Assembly (NCBI GenBank): GCA_043228905.1
Contig: JBHGNT010000014.1
Span: forward strand, 2,480,001-2,544,000
Source of the DNA: Azolla caroliniana
Lineage: Eukaryota; Plantae; Polypodiophyta
DNA length: 64,000 nt
Reading direction: 5' to 3'
Below the pieces are notes generated by a model. The model ran no database searches, was not told where the DNA came from, and saw only the letters and a program-made list of their open reading frames with translations. A program made the position numbers and the translations under genes. Positions 25,640-39,742 of the stretch are shown one piece after another. How positions within the stretch are numbered: position 1 is the stretch's first letter; each line of letters opens with the position of its first letter.

Positions 25640-25801
25640 CAAGCCAAGTGGATGGTTTACTTGGTTTGCTTGTTTACTTGCTTGCTTGCTTGCTTCTTTT
25701 GGGTTATATATAGAGCTTAGGTTTTTTATATATTCCCAGAATGCCCTTGGCACTAGCCCATAGTTTGCGCTGACTACATGACACGAAACCGACACCGTGG
25801 A

Positions 25802-25804
<3 letters not shown>

Positions 25805-25865
<61 letters not shown>
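25805..25865. repeat. Compound microsatellite (GT)n(AGT)n upstream of the lectin gene
   Basis: Directly visible. Confidence 0.95.
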
Positions 25866-28800
25866 AAATGTATGCGTCACCTACCTGTGTGCTACCTCAA
25901 TTGTCGAAAAACCATTGGCTACAGCTACCAAAAAAAGTGACGGTAATGTCCGGCATTTGCTCTTTTTTGTCCATTAAAACATATCTATTGCCTTATTCCC
26001 TACTTGGGTCAAATAATTTGCTTACCCCCCTTGCTTTAGATCGTAATTTTTGTATCTCATACCCAATGCTTAACCTTGTTTTACTGTGCAAAGTTCTATT
26101 CTTAACATTGTGACGATCCTCGAAACTAATCGGCATGGTAACTTGTCTAGTAAATTATTAGTTTCCTAGTTAGTCCTAATTAGAGTAATTGGCATCGACC
26201 AAACAATTTTTCTACGTTTTAAAGGTACCATGCTAGCCAATTTGCCAAATTTGAACCAACCGTGAGTATCATCTAATAAGAAATGCCATTTAAAGAGGGC
26301 TTGCTAGTCTTTTATTTTTGGTGTATCCAAGAATCAGACATATTTGCTAAATGATAGACCAATCTCTTGAATATAAATGAACATTTGTCAATAATGTTGG
26401 TTAATGAAAATTTGGATAAAACTCGGCAACATGATAACGCCTTTATGAAAATGCCCTGCAATACCCATTGATTGGAAGTCAACAATACAATAATGTTCAC
26501 TAGCTATTTCAAAGAATTTTTCCCAACCCTAGGGTAATTAAAAGTGAATAGTCAAACCCGTTGTTTTGGGATCAAATGATTAGTATCCACAACCTCAATG
26601 CTAAAACACATAAACATGAAGTTTTTCAATGAGCTTCAAATCAAACCCATTACTCGAACCCCAAGCGAAATTCCATTAAGCTTGTAATAACTACATTGTC
26701 AAATTTATCAACCAATTTAAATTTAGGATTTTTAATAAGGTAAGACCATGACTCTGCCACAAATTAATTAAATTATATCAAAATCGTGGGGACATCTAAA
26801 GTTTCTTTTTTGTGTGTACTTTTAACATACATAATGGCCAATGTTGACTTTGCCCCATGTTAATTTGTGCCATCATCCATGTTTATAGATCTCACGCAAT
26901 GTCCATGCTATACATATTTAAAAACTATGTAGAACTAATCCAGATAAATGTGTAAGCGATTAAAGTAAGTTGAAGACACTATATTCTAGAATACATGTCC
27001 ATAGTCTAGGTGATCATGTTTCAAACTTCTAGAGTTGAACCACCCCGCAAGCCTTTACACACATTTCACTAAAAGCATGAAAAGAATGAATCCATCACCT
27101 ACTTTTGATTTTTGAGAGCTTGAACCTCATTCACAGCTTCATTGAGCTATACATCAATTGAATACATTCATGGATAACTTTTTATGTTTATTGATATCGA
27201 CATTTGAAAGCTCTCATCTCCTTTCAAATATGAAAGAGGTAATTACCATGTTATTCGTTTATAGAAATATGTTATTCGTTTATAGAAAGCTTTGTGTCAA
27301 CATACAATGTTGAAAGACAGAATGAGGTAGAATCCTTGAGACAAGATGCAATGTTATATTATGAGTCATGACAATGAATTTTCAAGGTTTCTTATCTAAG
27401 ATGTGCTCCCAATGTGTTTCTCTACACAAAATGATTACATGTAGTTGATGGTGCTTATGATTTCTTCCAATTGAACTTCTACCATCAAAGTTTGATCCTT
27501 CTCCTTTGTTATATGCACACAACTTGTCCCCTAATCATAGTTTTATTATAAACGGTCAATGAAGATTGTTTTCTTTATCAAAGTATCTAACTAAATGGAT
27601 CATGATAGTCATGCTACCAATAATGACATTTGAATGCCCCTTAGTAATATCTAAATAAGAATAAAGTAGATGGCAATCTTGCTACCACTCATGACAAAAA
27701 AAAAGTCTCCTAATCATCGTCACCTAATGTGAATTGCTATCTATTTGTTGTTTATTAGGCAACATTATGTGCCAACCTCAATAATGCAATGATTTTGAAA
27801 CTATGTATAGCCTGGTATTGGTATCATGTTCATTCTAGGAAACCTATATCATGTATGCTTGTTTACAAGCTCACACAACCATATCATGGGTCTCTTGAGT
27901 GCTTCACACTACATTGGAAGTGGTCGTCGTACTATCTAGATAAAATAAATGGAAAGATACACACCCATTACATGTGAAAGCATGAAATTGTGGTATAAAA
28001 AGTAGTGTACATTATCTTCGGCTCATCACACAAAAAGTTTGGGTTTCAAGAACTAGAACTTTGGTGCTTTTCAGCCTTTGCTTTTAATACAAACGATCTA
28101 ATCTTAAATTGGTGGAAATTTCAACTTTCACCTTTATTACAAAACTATCTACTTAAATTTGTGGAAAAGCCAATGATCAAGATAGCATTATCAAAATATC
28201 AATTCAAAAAGTTGATGAAATGATTCCTTACTCATCCAAATAAGGCTGAACATATCTTCATGTTGCTTGTCTATTCTTTTGAGCATTAGAGGATGTTATA
28301 TAGTGGGTACAATTCTGGATAGTCAACAACAAAAGGTTGAAATACCAACTAATAATAAGTACTTTCACCTTGTGAAATATTTATCTTGAATTGAATCAAG
28401 AGCCAATATTAAAGTGATTAAAGTAGAAGGGTCGTTCACTTGCACGCTACAATGTTGAGCCACGTTGGCAAGTTGTAACCATTTACACATTAAATTTGGA
28501 TTTGAGAGTAACATACACACTCCTAAATGCAATGTTATAACTTATAATTATCCACACATGGAAGATATTTGTATATGTGACAGACAACTTGTTTCGTCTT
28601 CTATGAACGCTCGACTCTTGAAAGTTGTTACATCCATTCAACAATTGAAGAGTTGAGCTCATTATTAACTTTTCAAGGAAAATTGTTGGATTGGATAATG
28701 GTGACACCTTGAACCATGATTAAGTAACAAAGATCATTTTGTTTCATCAGCTAGTTAGTAGTGGCAACTAATTGTAAACAAATGCCATAAGGGATTTGTT

Positions 28801-29956
28801 CCATAGATTCTATGTTATGCTTGTCACAAGCTCTTTGTTTGATTAAGTTTCACCATCCCGATTCCAAAGGTAAATAAAGGAAAGGAATAACGGACAAACA
28901 AATACCAACTTGTTTCTTCTTTTGTAAATGTTGACATTTGATTTTATCACATCCTTTCGAGATTTGAGGAGATAATCCCAATCTAATGTTTTTCAAAGCA
29001 TAGAAAAACTTTGAGAAACTCAAGGGTCAATATTAACTTTGACAATTCTAAGGGTTTGAGAAAAGTTTGGAGAAATGTATTTAGATAAATATATTTCTCA
29101 AAAGAATATATTGCAAACAAATGTTTTTAATGTATAGTTTATATCGGCCATTTTTAAACAATAGTAACGATGAGTTGTTTTATTTTTGTGACTTTATTAA
29201 TACAAACATGATGCACACATGTGAAAGCAAACATATATAAGGGTCAACAATCTTGAGAGTAGGTAGAATTGTGCATAGTTGTGCTACATCGATTAAAACT
29301 ATGGGTAAGGAGGAGAGAATAATGTGATAGATATCATAACTATGGGCTTGACCTATTGACATTGCAATGTGGGCGCCTTTGTCATGGGATCTTTATGGAA
29401 GAAAACGAACTCCCTTGAGCAACATCGCAGGTTCCCATAAATAAGGCATCGACACCTAATGGGCAACTTTTCGACCTGGGGCCAATCACGACCATGATAA
29501 GACAAGATAAAAGATAAAGACGTAGTGAAGATCCCGAAGCAGCTTGAACTCTACATAGTTATGCTACATCGAGCAAAACCATGTGGGAGAGAGAGAGAGA
29601 GAGAGACGTGATGCGATTGATATTAGAACTCTAATCTATATTGGCTTGTTAAATTACAAAACCGACATTGGGCATTGGGGTGTGTACATCTTGGCCTATC
29701 CCCTTTTTGAACGAAAATTCCCCCAACTAACAAAAAGTTTTGATTGCCATAAAATAAATAAGACAATCAATCCATTATTGACTAATAAGACATCAACACA
29801 TAATGGTGGCTTTTTTCTCTCTTGGGGCCATGTTCACCATAGGACTAACACTTACCCAACACATAAAATAAAAGGCAATAGAATAGGCGGTTCACAAACT
29901 TTTATATATACATTCATATCCCCTTCAGCCCCTCAAAACAATTTCTAGGAAAAAAC

Positions 29957-30880
29957 ATGTCTAATCCAATCGTCTTCCCCATTGTATCATCAATTGCTGT
30001 CCTCTCCTTATGGCTATGTCTAGCCCCGACAATGATGGTGGTGACAGAGGCATTAACTCCACCGAAGCCGCCCACGGGTGTAAGTCTCTCGTTCCCGCCA
30101 TTCTCCGCATCTAATCTAACGTGCAAAATCGACAAATTGCTCGGCCTAAACCCCGACCTCGTGTGCACGCCCTCATCTCCGCCCGGCCAGATCATCTTCT
30201 CCAATGACAATGATGTCATCTCGGCGCGCTACCAATACAAAAAGAAGGTACAACTATGGAAGAAAGGGTCACCGTACGCCGCGTCCTTCTCGACCGCATT
30301 CACAATTAACGTCAAACGGGATGCGGAGCGAAGCGTGAAACGCGTGTTCGGGGGCGGCATTGCGTTCGCAATCACCCCGACCATAGATATCGGGGAGAGC
30401 GGACCCTAGAGCTTCGGTCTCTTCAAGATTGATGATGCCACGGGGAAGCCCGCGAGCGGGACTCCCAACCCCAAGACATTGGCCGTGGAGATCGACACTT
30501 CGCGGGATGTAACCTATAGTTGGGACCCGCAAATTCCCCATGTGGGTTTGGACATTAACAGTGTGAACTCGGTGAAGAGTCGGTTCTTGTGGAACGGGAC
30601 ACGTTTTATCAACCGGAAAGTTGCCGTGTTCATCGACTACGATGCAAGCCTACAAGAGATCGCGGTGCGCTTCCAGAACGTGTCGACCAACGGGAAACCC
30701 GATAAGAAGAAGTCGAAGCTTTTCTTATCTTACTCGGGGTTGGATCTAGCATCCATTGTGGACGAACAGTCATATGTTGGTTTCTCGTCGCGTGTTCCAG
30801 TAACTACGGACGGAGTTTATTTTCTCTATGACTGGAAGTTTAGCACTAAATGGGTCCTTAGGAAAGGGATTAAAATCTAA
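29957..30880 (+). pseudogene. L-type lectin paralogue 2 with one premature TAG (30407-30409)
   Basis: ORFs 29957-30409 and 30479-30880 share a frame; paralogue 3 has GAG at this codon; signal peptide and lectin motifs intact. Confidence 0.88.
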
Positions 30881-32863
30881 GTTTGCTTCAATGAATGCTA
30901 ATTTATCCCTTTCTCTCTTTCCTTTTTTCGAACAATAATGTGAACTTTTTTCAATCTTAACTTTACAGCCTTCCCATATTAAAGTTCGAATGAGCAAGTT
31001 GTGATTGAAACTTTGTGGATAACTTTGTGTGTCAAGATTTGAAGATATGTTCTGGAAAATGGAATGCACCACCTTTGTTTCATGATATTTGAATAGATTC
31101 ATCTGTGTATGAGGTTTTTTTACAATGTTAACATTTCACAACTTTGGAGATATTTGGAGGATCACATTTCACACATTATATTCTGGATGTTGCACCAAAA
31201 CTACACAACCATCTTCTTCCCTGAATAGGGAAACCACACTTTATCAATACATGTTAAAACCTATCCCTTCGTAACGAATCCCCATCATTACTTCAATACG
31301 AGTTAGCTCACATTTATCTCTTTAATGTGAGATGAGGTGTTGGAGCACAAGTAAGAAGACTCATGAACTATGCATATTTTCCTTGGACAAGTGCAAGAGT
31401 CAAAAGTATCACACTTTGATACAATGCACTGAATTCAACCACATTTGAGTTTGCTTTCCATGCATTGTCAGTTCACCCCACCCCCTACACTCATGAGGCA
31501 TTCCTCTCACAATCACAATAGTGCACTCTGATTGCCAAGTTTATCAATAAAAACTCTTGAACATTGAGAGTCACCACTCAACCCAAACATACTATGCAAA
31601 ATGAATCACTTGTTGCCCCTATAGGTCACATTTAACTAGTGAGGATATAATAAAATCTCTCTCTCTCTCTCTTTAATAGCAAAAAGGGGAAATGGTGGTG
31701 CAAAAAAATGCATTACCAACATTCCTTTCATTTTACCTTGAGAGAGAGCAACATTATCCAAATATCAATTCCCAAAGTTGCCAAATGAATTTCTTACTCA
31801 TCCAAGTAAGGCTCAACATATCTAAGTTCAAGCTACTTGCACATAAGATGACGTCGATATATTGCTTGCACTTTTGAATAGCATTGAAATTTTTTTAAGT
31901 AAATAAAAAGAGTCATCCAAGTGCATAGTATATAGTGTTATATAAAATGGGCAACCGACAACTATTTTAATTTTACATATCCAAACTTAAATACAATGTC
32001 ATAATAATCCACAAATGGTACAATTTCTCAAGCTCACCAAAATATTTGTGAAGCTTATGGATAGCGACTTGTTCCTTTTTTCGTAAAAGGTTGACACTAG
32101 AAAGTCATTCTATCCTTTCAATAATTGAAGAGGTGAGCAAATTGTTTTCTAGGGGTGTGGCAAGATCCGATAAATGGCAACGCATTGGACAATGATAATG
32201 TAACAATATCATTTTGTTTGACTTTTTGTGCAAAACATGAGCATGCACAATGTTGTTTCATAGAGTAACTAATGGGAATCAATTCACCACAAAGCATCAC
32301 AAAAGGATTTGTTTCATAGATTACATTTTATATCTATGACATGCCCTTATAAATGTCATACTTGATTTGTGTGACTTAGTTTCACCACTTGAATAAAAAA
32401 AGATTAATAACAACCAACAAATATTGGTTGGTTACTTCTTCATTGAAGATAGACGCGTAGAATTTTATCACTCCACTTTTCAGAAATGGAAAAGCTTGAG
32501 AAACTTAAGGGTCTAAATTAACGTTGACCTCTTGACTCCTCGAATATGAGAAAATTTAGGTAAAAGCATTGAATAAGTTTTCTCCATATAATCCAATTGA
32601 ATGTTGTTAATGCTTTAGTCTTGCATACACTAAAATTAGGACATGAAAATCCTAGAGAGTTTTACTTAGTTAAATGCACTTAAAATCCTCTTCGAACCAT
32701 CGTAACAAAACTCGTCGTTTTCCACACATTTATGGCTCACACATGTTGAAGTTTCCAAGAACAAATCCTTGAAGAGTGGAAAAAAATACTAATAGTGAAG
32801 ATCCCAAAGCAGCAGCCAAAACTATATGTACATAATCGTGCTACATCAGGTAAAGTTGAGAGC

Positions 32864-32903
<40 letters not shown>

Positions 32904-33252
32904 GCAATTGATCTAGCCTACATTTTATTCGAGCCCATGGGCCATGACACACACATAGTTATTGCACGTCTCTCTTTTTCCTAAGCAAAAACTCGCCCAA
33001 AACTTCAACAAAGCTTAGATTGTCATAAATAAGGTCTCTCTTTTTCCTAAGCAAAAACTCGCCCAAAACTTCATTTGTTTATTTGAATTGGGTCTATGGT
33101 CATGGTGGGACACACCTACCTACACACAAGAATGACAAAGGCAAAAGAGGCTCATGAGCTTTGTATATGTATATATACACACACTCATAAGGTAGCCCCT
33201 CCAAAGCACACACATACACAAGAGACACAAACATAAGTTTCTAGGAAACAAC

Positions 33253-34173
33253 ATGTCCAAGCCAATCATATTCCCCATTGCATCCTCAATAGTAGTGCTC
33301 TCCTTATGTCTATGGCTAGCCTTGCCAATGCTCGCCACCTAGGCATTAGTGGCTCCGGAGCTGCCCCCGGGCATCACCCTCTCGTTCCCGCCATTCTCCA
33401 CCAATAAGCTAGCTTGTGGGTTCGACAAATCGCTCGGCCTAACCCGCGACAAAGTGTGCATTCCCTCGTCGCCGCCCGGCCGGATCATCTTCTGCAATGA
33501 CGACGTAGTCATCTCGGCACGCTACCAATACAAAAAGAAGGTACAACTATGGAAGAAAGGGTCGCCGTACGCCGCATCCTTCTCGACCGTGTTCACAATT
33601 AACGTCAAACGGGATGCGGAGCGGAGCGTGAAACGCGTGTTCGGGGGCGGCATTGCGTTTGCGATTACCCCGACCATTGATGTAGGGGAGAGCGGACCCG
33701 AGAGCTTCGGTCTCTTCAAGATCGAGGATGCCACGGGGAAGCCCGCGAGCGGGACTCCCAATCCCAAGACATTGGCCGTGGAGATCGACACTTCGCGCGA
33801 TGAGGCCTATAGCTGGGACCCACAGATCCCACATGTCGGCTTGGACATCAATAGTGTGAACTCGGTGAAGAGCCGGTTCTTGTGGAATGGGACACGCTTT
33901 ATTAACCGGAAAGTTGCCGTGTTTATCGACTACGATGCGAGCCTACAAGAGATCTCGGTGCGCTTCCAGAACGTGTCAACCAATGGGAAACCCAATAAGA
34001 AGAAGTCGAAGCTTTTCTTGTCTTATTCAGGGCTGGATCTCGCATCCATTGTGGATGAACGATCATATGTCGGTTTCTCGTCGCGTATTCCGGTTACTAC
34101 CGACGGAGTTTATTTTCTCTATGACTGGAAGTTTAGCACTAAATGGGTCCTTAGGAAAGGGCTTCAAACCTAA
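33253..34173 (+). pseudogene. L-type lectin paralogue 3 with a TAG (33340-33342) at the end of the signal peptide
   Basis: ATG 33253 gives MSKPIIFPIASSIVVLSLCLWLALPMLAT*ALVAP..., collinear with paralogue 2 (..VTEALTP); the rest of the frame is open. Confidence 0.85.
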
Positions 34174-34383
34174 ATTGTTCCTGTTATGTTAAAATGTTTC
34201 TCTCTCTCTCTTTGGACCAATATAAACATGTTTGTAATATAAACTTTTTTGCTTGAACTAACAGGGTCATGGGGCATTTTAAACATGTGTGGTGTGTACA
34301 TTCCTTGCTAATTCATCCAGTGGCATACCTATTCTCACATAGAATAGCCACAACTATGTGAGATTGTCTCTCTCATGAAATGG

Positions 34384-34416
<33 letters not shown>

Positions 34417-34417
34417 C

Positions 34418-34450
<33 letters not shown>

Positions 34451-35697
34451 ATGTACATATGCATGTACATTGGGTACATGTATGTATGTTGCATCCACAT
34501 CTCAGGGATCCAGTTTGTATCGACAACAAGACATCGGTAACTGTTATGCTTAGCAACCTTTATGATGTCTTAAATTGCTCAATGTCATTGGTCAATGCCA
34601 GGTATGACGGCCAGAGCACTCATAAGATAGCAATTGTATTTGCAGATTCTCACCATAGAGATAGCCAAGTTAAGAATGGTGAAATTGGTAAGGGACGCAT
34701 ACTTAAGTACCTTGCCTTTGCGATTTAAATGGATTTGGTCAAACCATTTTATGAATCAAATTCGGTCAATAGGATAAAGCCCAATGTACAAACCACTAGA
34801 GTAATTAACAAAGTTATAACCAAAAGAATTTGATCCTAGAAATACACTTACAATTTCATCAAGCTTGATCATGTCTCAATTGTGATGTGCCCACCTTTAT
34901 TACATATTTGAAAGCTCTTTGGAGATTTGAAATTGAGCCATGGGATTCAAGATGGCCATACTTTATATGCATTTGATGCATTCAGAGTCCACTGCCATGC
35001 CCTAATCACTCGGCTATAGAAGGAGTTTACTATTAATTCATCCTAAAAAAATGTTTATGGCTTCCGAAGAAATCTACGGTCAAGACCCATATGGATTTTG
35101 TTACTAATTTAAGCTCAAAAAACTATTTATGATTTCAGATGGAAAGCTAAAATCCTTTCAATGATTTCTAGTTTCAATGTCCAATTTTTTAGTTTAGAAA
35201 TAAATATAGACATTGAATCTCTAGGTCGTTTGTTCAACCTTTCAACATGGCAAGATCATGTCACCAAGTAAATCATTCAACCATTTCCTGGAATACATGG
35301 ACATTTGACTTATTTAAGCATGAGCCGTAGTTGAAAAGACACAAAATTGGTTGATTCAGTAACAAATCCTAACCTTAACATTGACATGAGCATAACAATA
35401 CATTTATCATTAATAAAAAGAGTGAATGAATGGACTATGTAACTGCTCAACTCTGATATCTAGGATTGACTAGGGGCATTTAGGATAAAGCATACACATA
35501 AGACAACAATTCGATTGTTATGAAGGCAAAAAACATTGAAAAACGAGTCCTTTTCTAGACAAGAGTCATAGTCTCTTTTGAGATAACCCATTTAATACAG
35601 TGATTTTTGTAGAGGACATATCAAACCAATCTGTCTGCAAGGGGAAGATTTTTTCCATTGGTAACATCTGATGGTTTTTCCTTGGAAACCTTGGATT

Positions 35698-38625
35698 TCA
35701 TGTGAGCCAATGGCAAAATGCCAAGTCAATGGAACCAATACAAATTCTTTTTCTCTTGTTTGGTCTTATAGGCGGCCATTTTGGCCTTTCAAAAGACGTT
35801 AATATATCTTTCTTTCTTCTTTCTACAATCTGCTCATCATCTATTGTTCCTTCATCCCCTTCTTTATGCCCTAAATATCTGCAATGGCAGCAACAACGTA
35901 TGATGTATGCCTGCAAATGTTACAAAAAGGAAAGAAGGTTAAGATTAAGAGGTTATGCATATACACACCACATGGTTCAGCCTAGTTTTGTATAGAAAAG
36001 ATTGAAGTCTTGTACAATGGAATCAATTTCTCACCTCCTAAGGATGGTCATGATCGACTTTTAAGAACCTTTCACAACGACCACTCAATTCTGCCTGTGG
36101 AGATCATCAAAGTCAGTTGTAGAATGGAAGAATGCAACTACGAAATTAAAACATGTTTTACCTTACGTGTGTTACCATCAAACTCTAAGCAATCATTCCC
36201 CAACTAAATTTTGTAGTCTTTTTTAGCAATGGTTCTTACACAGAAGGGCTATTTGCAAATATATGCAATACTTTTGGATGAATCAGATTTTCAATGAAGA
36301 TGAATCTTCTCACATCAGCTTTGATTTTGTGCTCATACTCTCCAACACAATTATATATAATATCACATTGTTTCTTACCTCCCTGCCACAAATTTCACCA
36401 GCATAGTGTGGACAGAACCCTTGATTTTAAATTTTTTGCTGCCAGTTTTAAATCAGAACCGAGACATTCAGCAGGATATGCAAAAAGAACATCCATCACA
36501 GCAATTCAATAATCCTCCATCCTTGCACAGCTGCAATATACAGAACATCAAAATTTAAAAACGGAAACTGATTCTAGACTCTGAAGCACTAGATCTAATG
36601 TTGCAATGGCAAAGTAGATATCAAGCAAACAACTTCTTGATCATAATAAACAGCAGCTCTCTACAAGATTTTTTCCAATAGTTCCTGCCAAAATTATGCA
36701 TACATACACCTGGCTTTGTTTTGAGCATTCATGCTGACAAACTCTTGGTTCCAATTCTTCTAAATCATTGAGGTTCTGACATTGAATCTGCACCACAGAT
36801 GCTTTTTAAGTTTTATATAACATAACAGAATTTATAGGCTACCCAAAAATACATCATTCATTTCTATATAGTTAATGTTCAATAGAATATCAATGGCTGC
36901 ACCTCTGTATCAATAGAATATAAGATTGTGCAAATCTAGCACATCTATCCTTCTCTTATTTCACATTATATCAGAGTAGACACATTAAGAGATGCCTTTT
37001 TCTGTCATTGATTTGATGCTGAAACGGGAGTGCAAAAAACTGTCAGAAAACAACAATTCATAGATGCTTAGCAAATATCTCATCTAGAAACTTGCAAAAG
37101 AGAACTATCACATCTGGAAGATGGAAATGGCTTTTCTACTGGACTTAATCGACCTTAAAGATAATGATTGACAGAACATTACCAAAGCCCATGAACACTG
37201 ACAGCGAATCATTTCAAGCATCAACGATTAAAGACAGACAAAAAGCCATAAATGGAGATCATAGCCAACATTAGCGATTGTCAAGACAGAGGGCGGTCAC
37301 AGAGATGCAAACACCACTCATCAAATGTGTGACACCTTGTCTTTTATCATAACTAGTAGACAGGCCATCACATGTTTATAGGAAAATAGAAATAATCAAT
37401 TAGCCAGGCGTATCTGGTTTATGAAGGATCTTCATGAGTTATAAATAGAGGATTAATGGAAGTGATTGAATCAACATATGTTTTAGTATGTGGTATCTTA
37501 TATAAGACAGTAAGGCTTTTTATTCAAGTTCAGAAACAATAGTGAAAAATTATCTGCAATATGCTTTTGACAGCAAGAACTCACCTGTGGATTCCAGTCG
37601 CTGTCAAAAGGACCTTCAATCCCCCCTTTCCATTATGAATATGCACGCGGTCATATACATTAGTGGAGTCAATCAATTAGGCCATCTGCAATTTGCCAGA
37701 CAGAAAAAAGGAATTTGTTATTGAGAACTGCTTGTTTCAAATTTTCTACTTCTCAAGATGTTAGCTAAAAAACCTTCCAAATTTCGCTTACAAGACAAAT
37801 TCTACATTCAACTAAAACTGTGTCCTCTACAGCTAAAGATTAAACCTTGATCTACTTCATTTAAAAAGTGGAAATCCCAAGAAGTTTGTTGAAAATAGTG
37901 CTACTGCATGTTACAGGATCTCCACTTTCCTGGTGATAACTAATCACATAAAAATGCATATCAAAAGAAAAAAAATGAAATAGCCCATGTGAAAAAGAAA
38001 AAATAAAACAGTAAGTGGAAAATTCTTAAAGAAATATATGAAGAGATTCATCCCCATGGCATTAAAACTTCCATACAGAGAACCGTTTTGGCTTTTGCCC
38101 TAATTAATGAGCCAGAATCCATTATGTAACAGGAAATGGCAACTTCGCTAGGAGTCTAAAGAATGAATAGACATGACAAAATTCCTGGGTAATGCAAACA
38201 TTCCAATACTTACTGATGCTTTTCAGAATTCTGAAGTTATGTCAAGAAGCTCAGTAGTTTCTATCATGATTGACTATCCTGTTAAACATGCTCTGTTACC
38301 AACCAAGAATATGAGCTAAAAACTTGCATTAAATTAAACTGAACTTGTATGCTTCATACTCTGATCATATTTGAAATAATACCCAAACAAATACTAGGTT
38401 GTCACGGAAGAAAAAAAAAATACAGAGATAGAAATCTTTCTAAACAAGCCTGAGTTTCCCATGCTCTCATGTCAATTCTAATCCAGTCTTAACAGACTGT
38501 CAGGAAGGAGTGACAGTAATCTCCTCTAGTCTATCCAAGCATTGTTCCACAATCCTGATCGCTTGTACCGATCCAACGAATTCAATGCTACAAAAAACAT
38601 GCTCCTGCAGTTTGATTCTCCTGCA
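35698..38625 (-). pseudogene. Decayed multi-exon host gene containing a PHD-finger-like exon
   Basis: Exon-like blocks bounded by AG/GT on minus (approx. 36035-36094, 36161-36202, 36379-36530, 36709-36788, 37584-37685); 36379-36530 encodes LCKDGGLLNCCDGCSF / AYPAECLG / FCPHYAGEICGRE across frameshifts; stops in other blocks. Confidence 0.5.
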
Positions 38626-39639
38626 GTAAGAAGAATGCAAGGCGAAGAGCATTAAGGGTAGTGCTGATGTCCAAAATTCTCAAAAAAAGAGACAAAAAGC
38701 AAACCCTAAGCCATGACAAATTCAGCTTTCAAGAAGAATCATTTGGGGGAGCATTACATGCCATGGATTTGGTGTTTGCAGAAGAATCATTCACTGCTTT
38801 GGTTTGAGTCCCTAATAGACAGATATGAATCCTAAGAGTCCCTAACAGACAGATATGAATAGATTTGTAGCACACATAGGCCTTGTCCTAGTGCATCAGG
38901 AATCATGATCTCTCCCCATTATTTTCTACTATTGCAAGTGTGTGCCTTCGCTTTGGAGATTTCTCCATTTCGGATCGATCGATTTGATCGATGCTAGAGA
39001 CCTTCCGAACACAACGATTTCGGTAACGATTTAAACCCTTTTTTTTAGAGTGATTTTGTATCGGTAATGATTTGTGTCGGTTGGTCAGCCTTGATCGAAC
39101 AGAAGCCGTGGTGCTTAACGCTAATCAAGAATGGGTAATTTATGTAATCAAAACCATAATTCTTCGTGGGGAGAGGAGATGATGGCCGACACATGATCGT
39201 AAAAACTGACAAACATGCTCATCTTGAAGCTTCGGTGCCTACAAGTAGCCTCTAGGTAGCCTTAGCCATGAGAGTCTCCACCTCATTGATGTACAAGCAT
39301 AAGAATGTCCAACATATATTGATATGATCACCTTATGTTCTTGATGAGGGTTTGGTGCTAGTTATGTTATAGGGCCCGACACCCCCCAACAACTTTTGAT
39401 AGTTTGCCATACACTATAGTTGTGGCAAACAAGATTTGTACAAACACAATGACTTTTGTGTAGTTATTTGTTTTGCTCATTCATGTGTCTGTCTAGGTTG
39501 ATTGATTCTTTTGTAAGAAAAAGATTTTATATCACATGTCATTAATCATGGGAACTTTAGGCGCACACGGCAATGCTATGTGCAATCACCCCCTTGAGAG
39601 GCTTTAAAGTGACATGTGGTGCCACCATGTCTATGTATC

Positions 39640-39707
39640 ACACCCAACACATAACACAACCTTCCAAATGTATTTACTTATCACACCCAACACATAACAC
39701 AACACAT

Positions 39708-39742
<35 letters not shown>

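Noticed and set aside
25640-25795. 52-aa N-terminal extension of the lectin ORF
   Set aside because: Non-ATG start, spans the TATA-like element and GCAA repeats; the ATG at 25639 gives a signal peptide and a length matching the paralogues.
34335-34728. Short ORFs with MYVC/HTHT repeats
   Set aside because: Translations of (TATG)n/(TG)n microsatellites.
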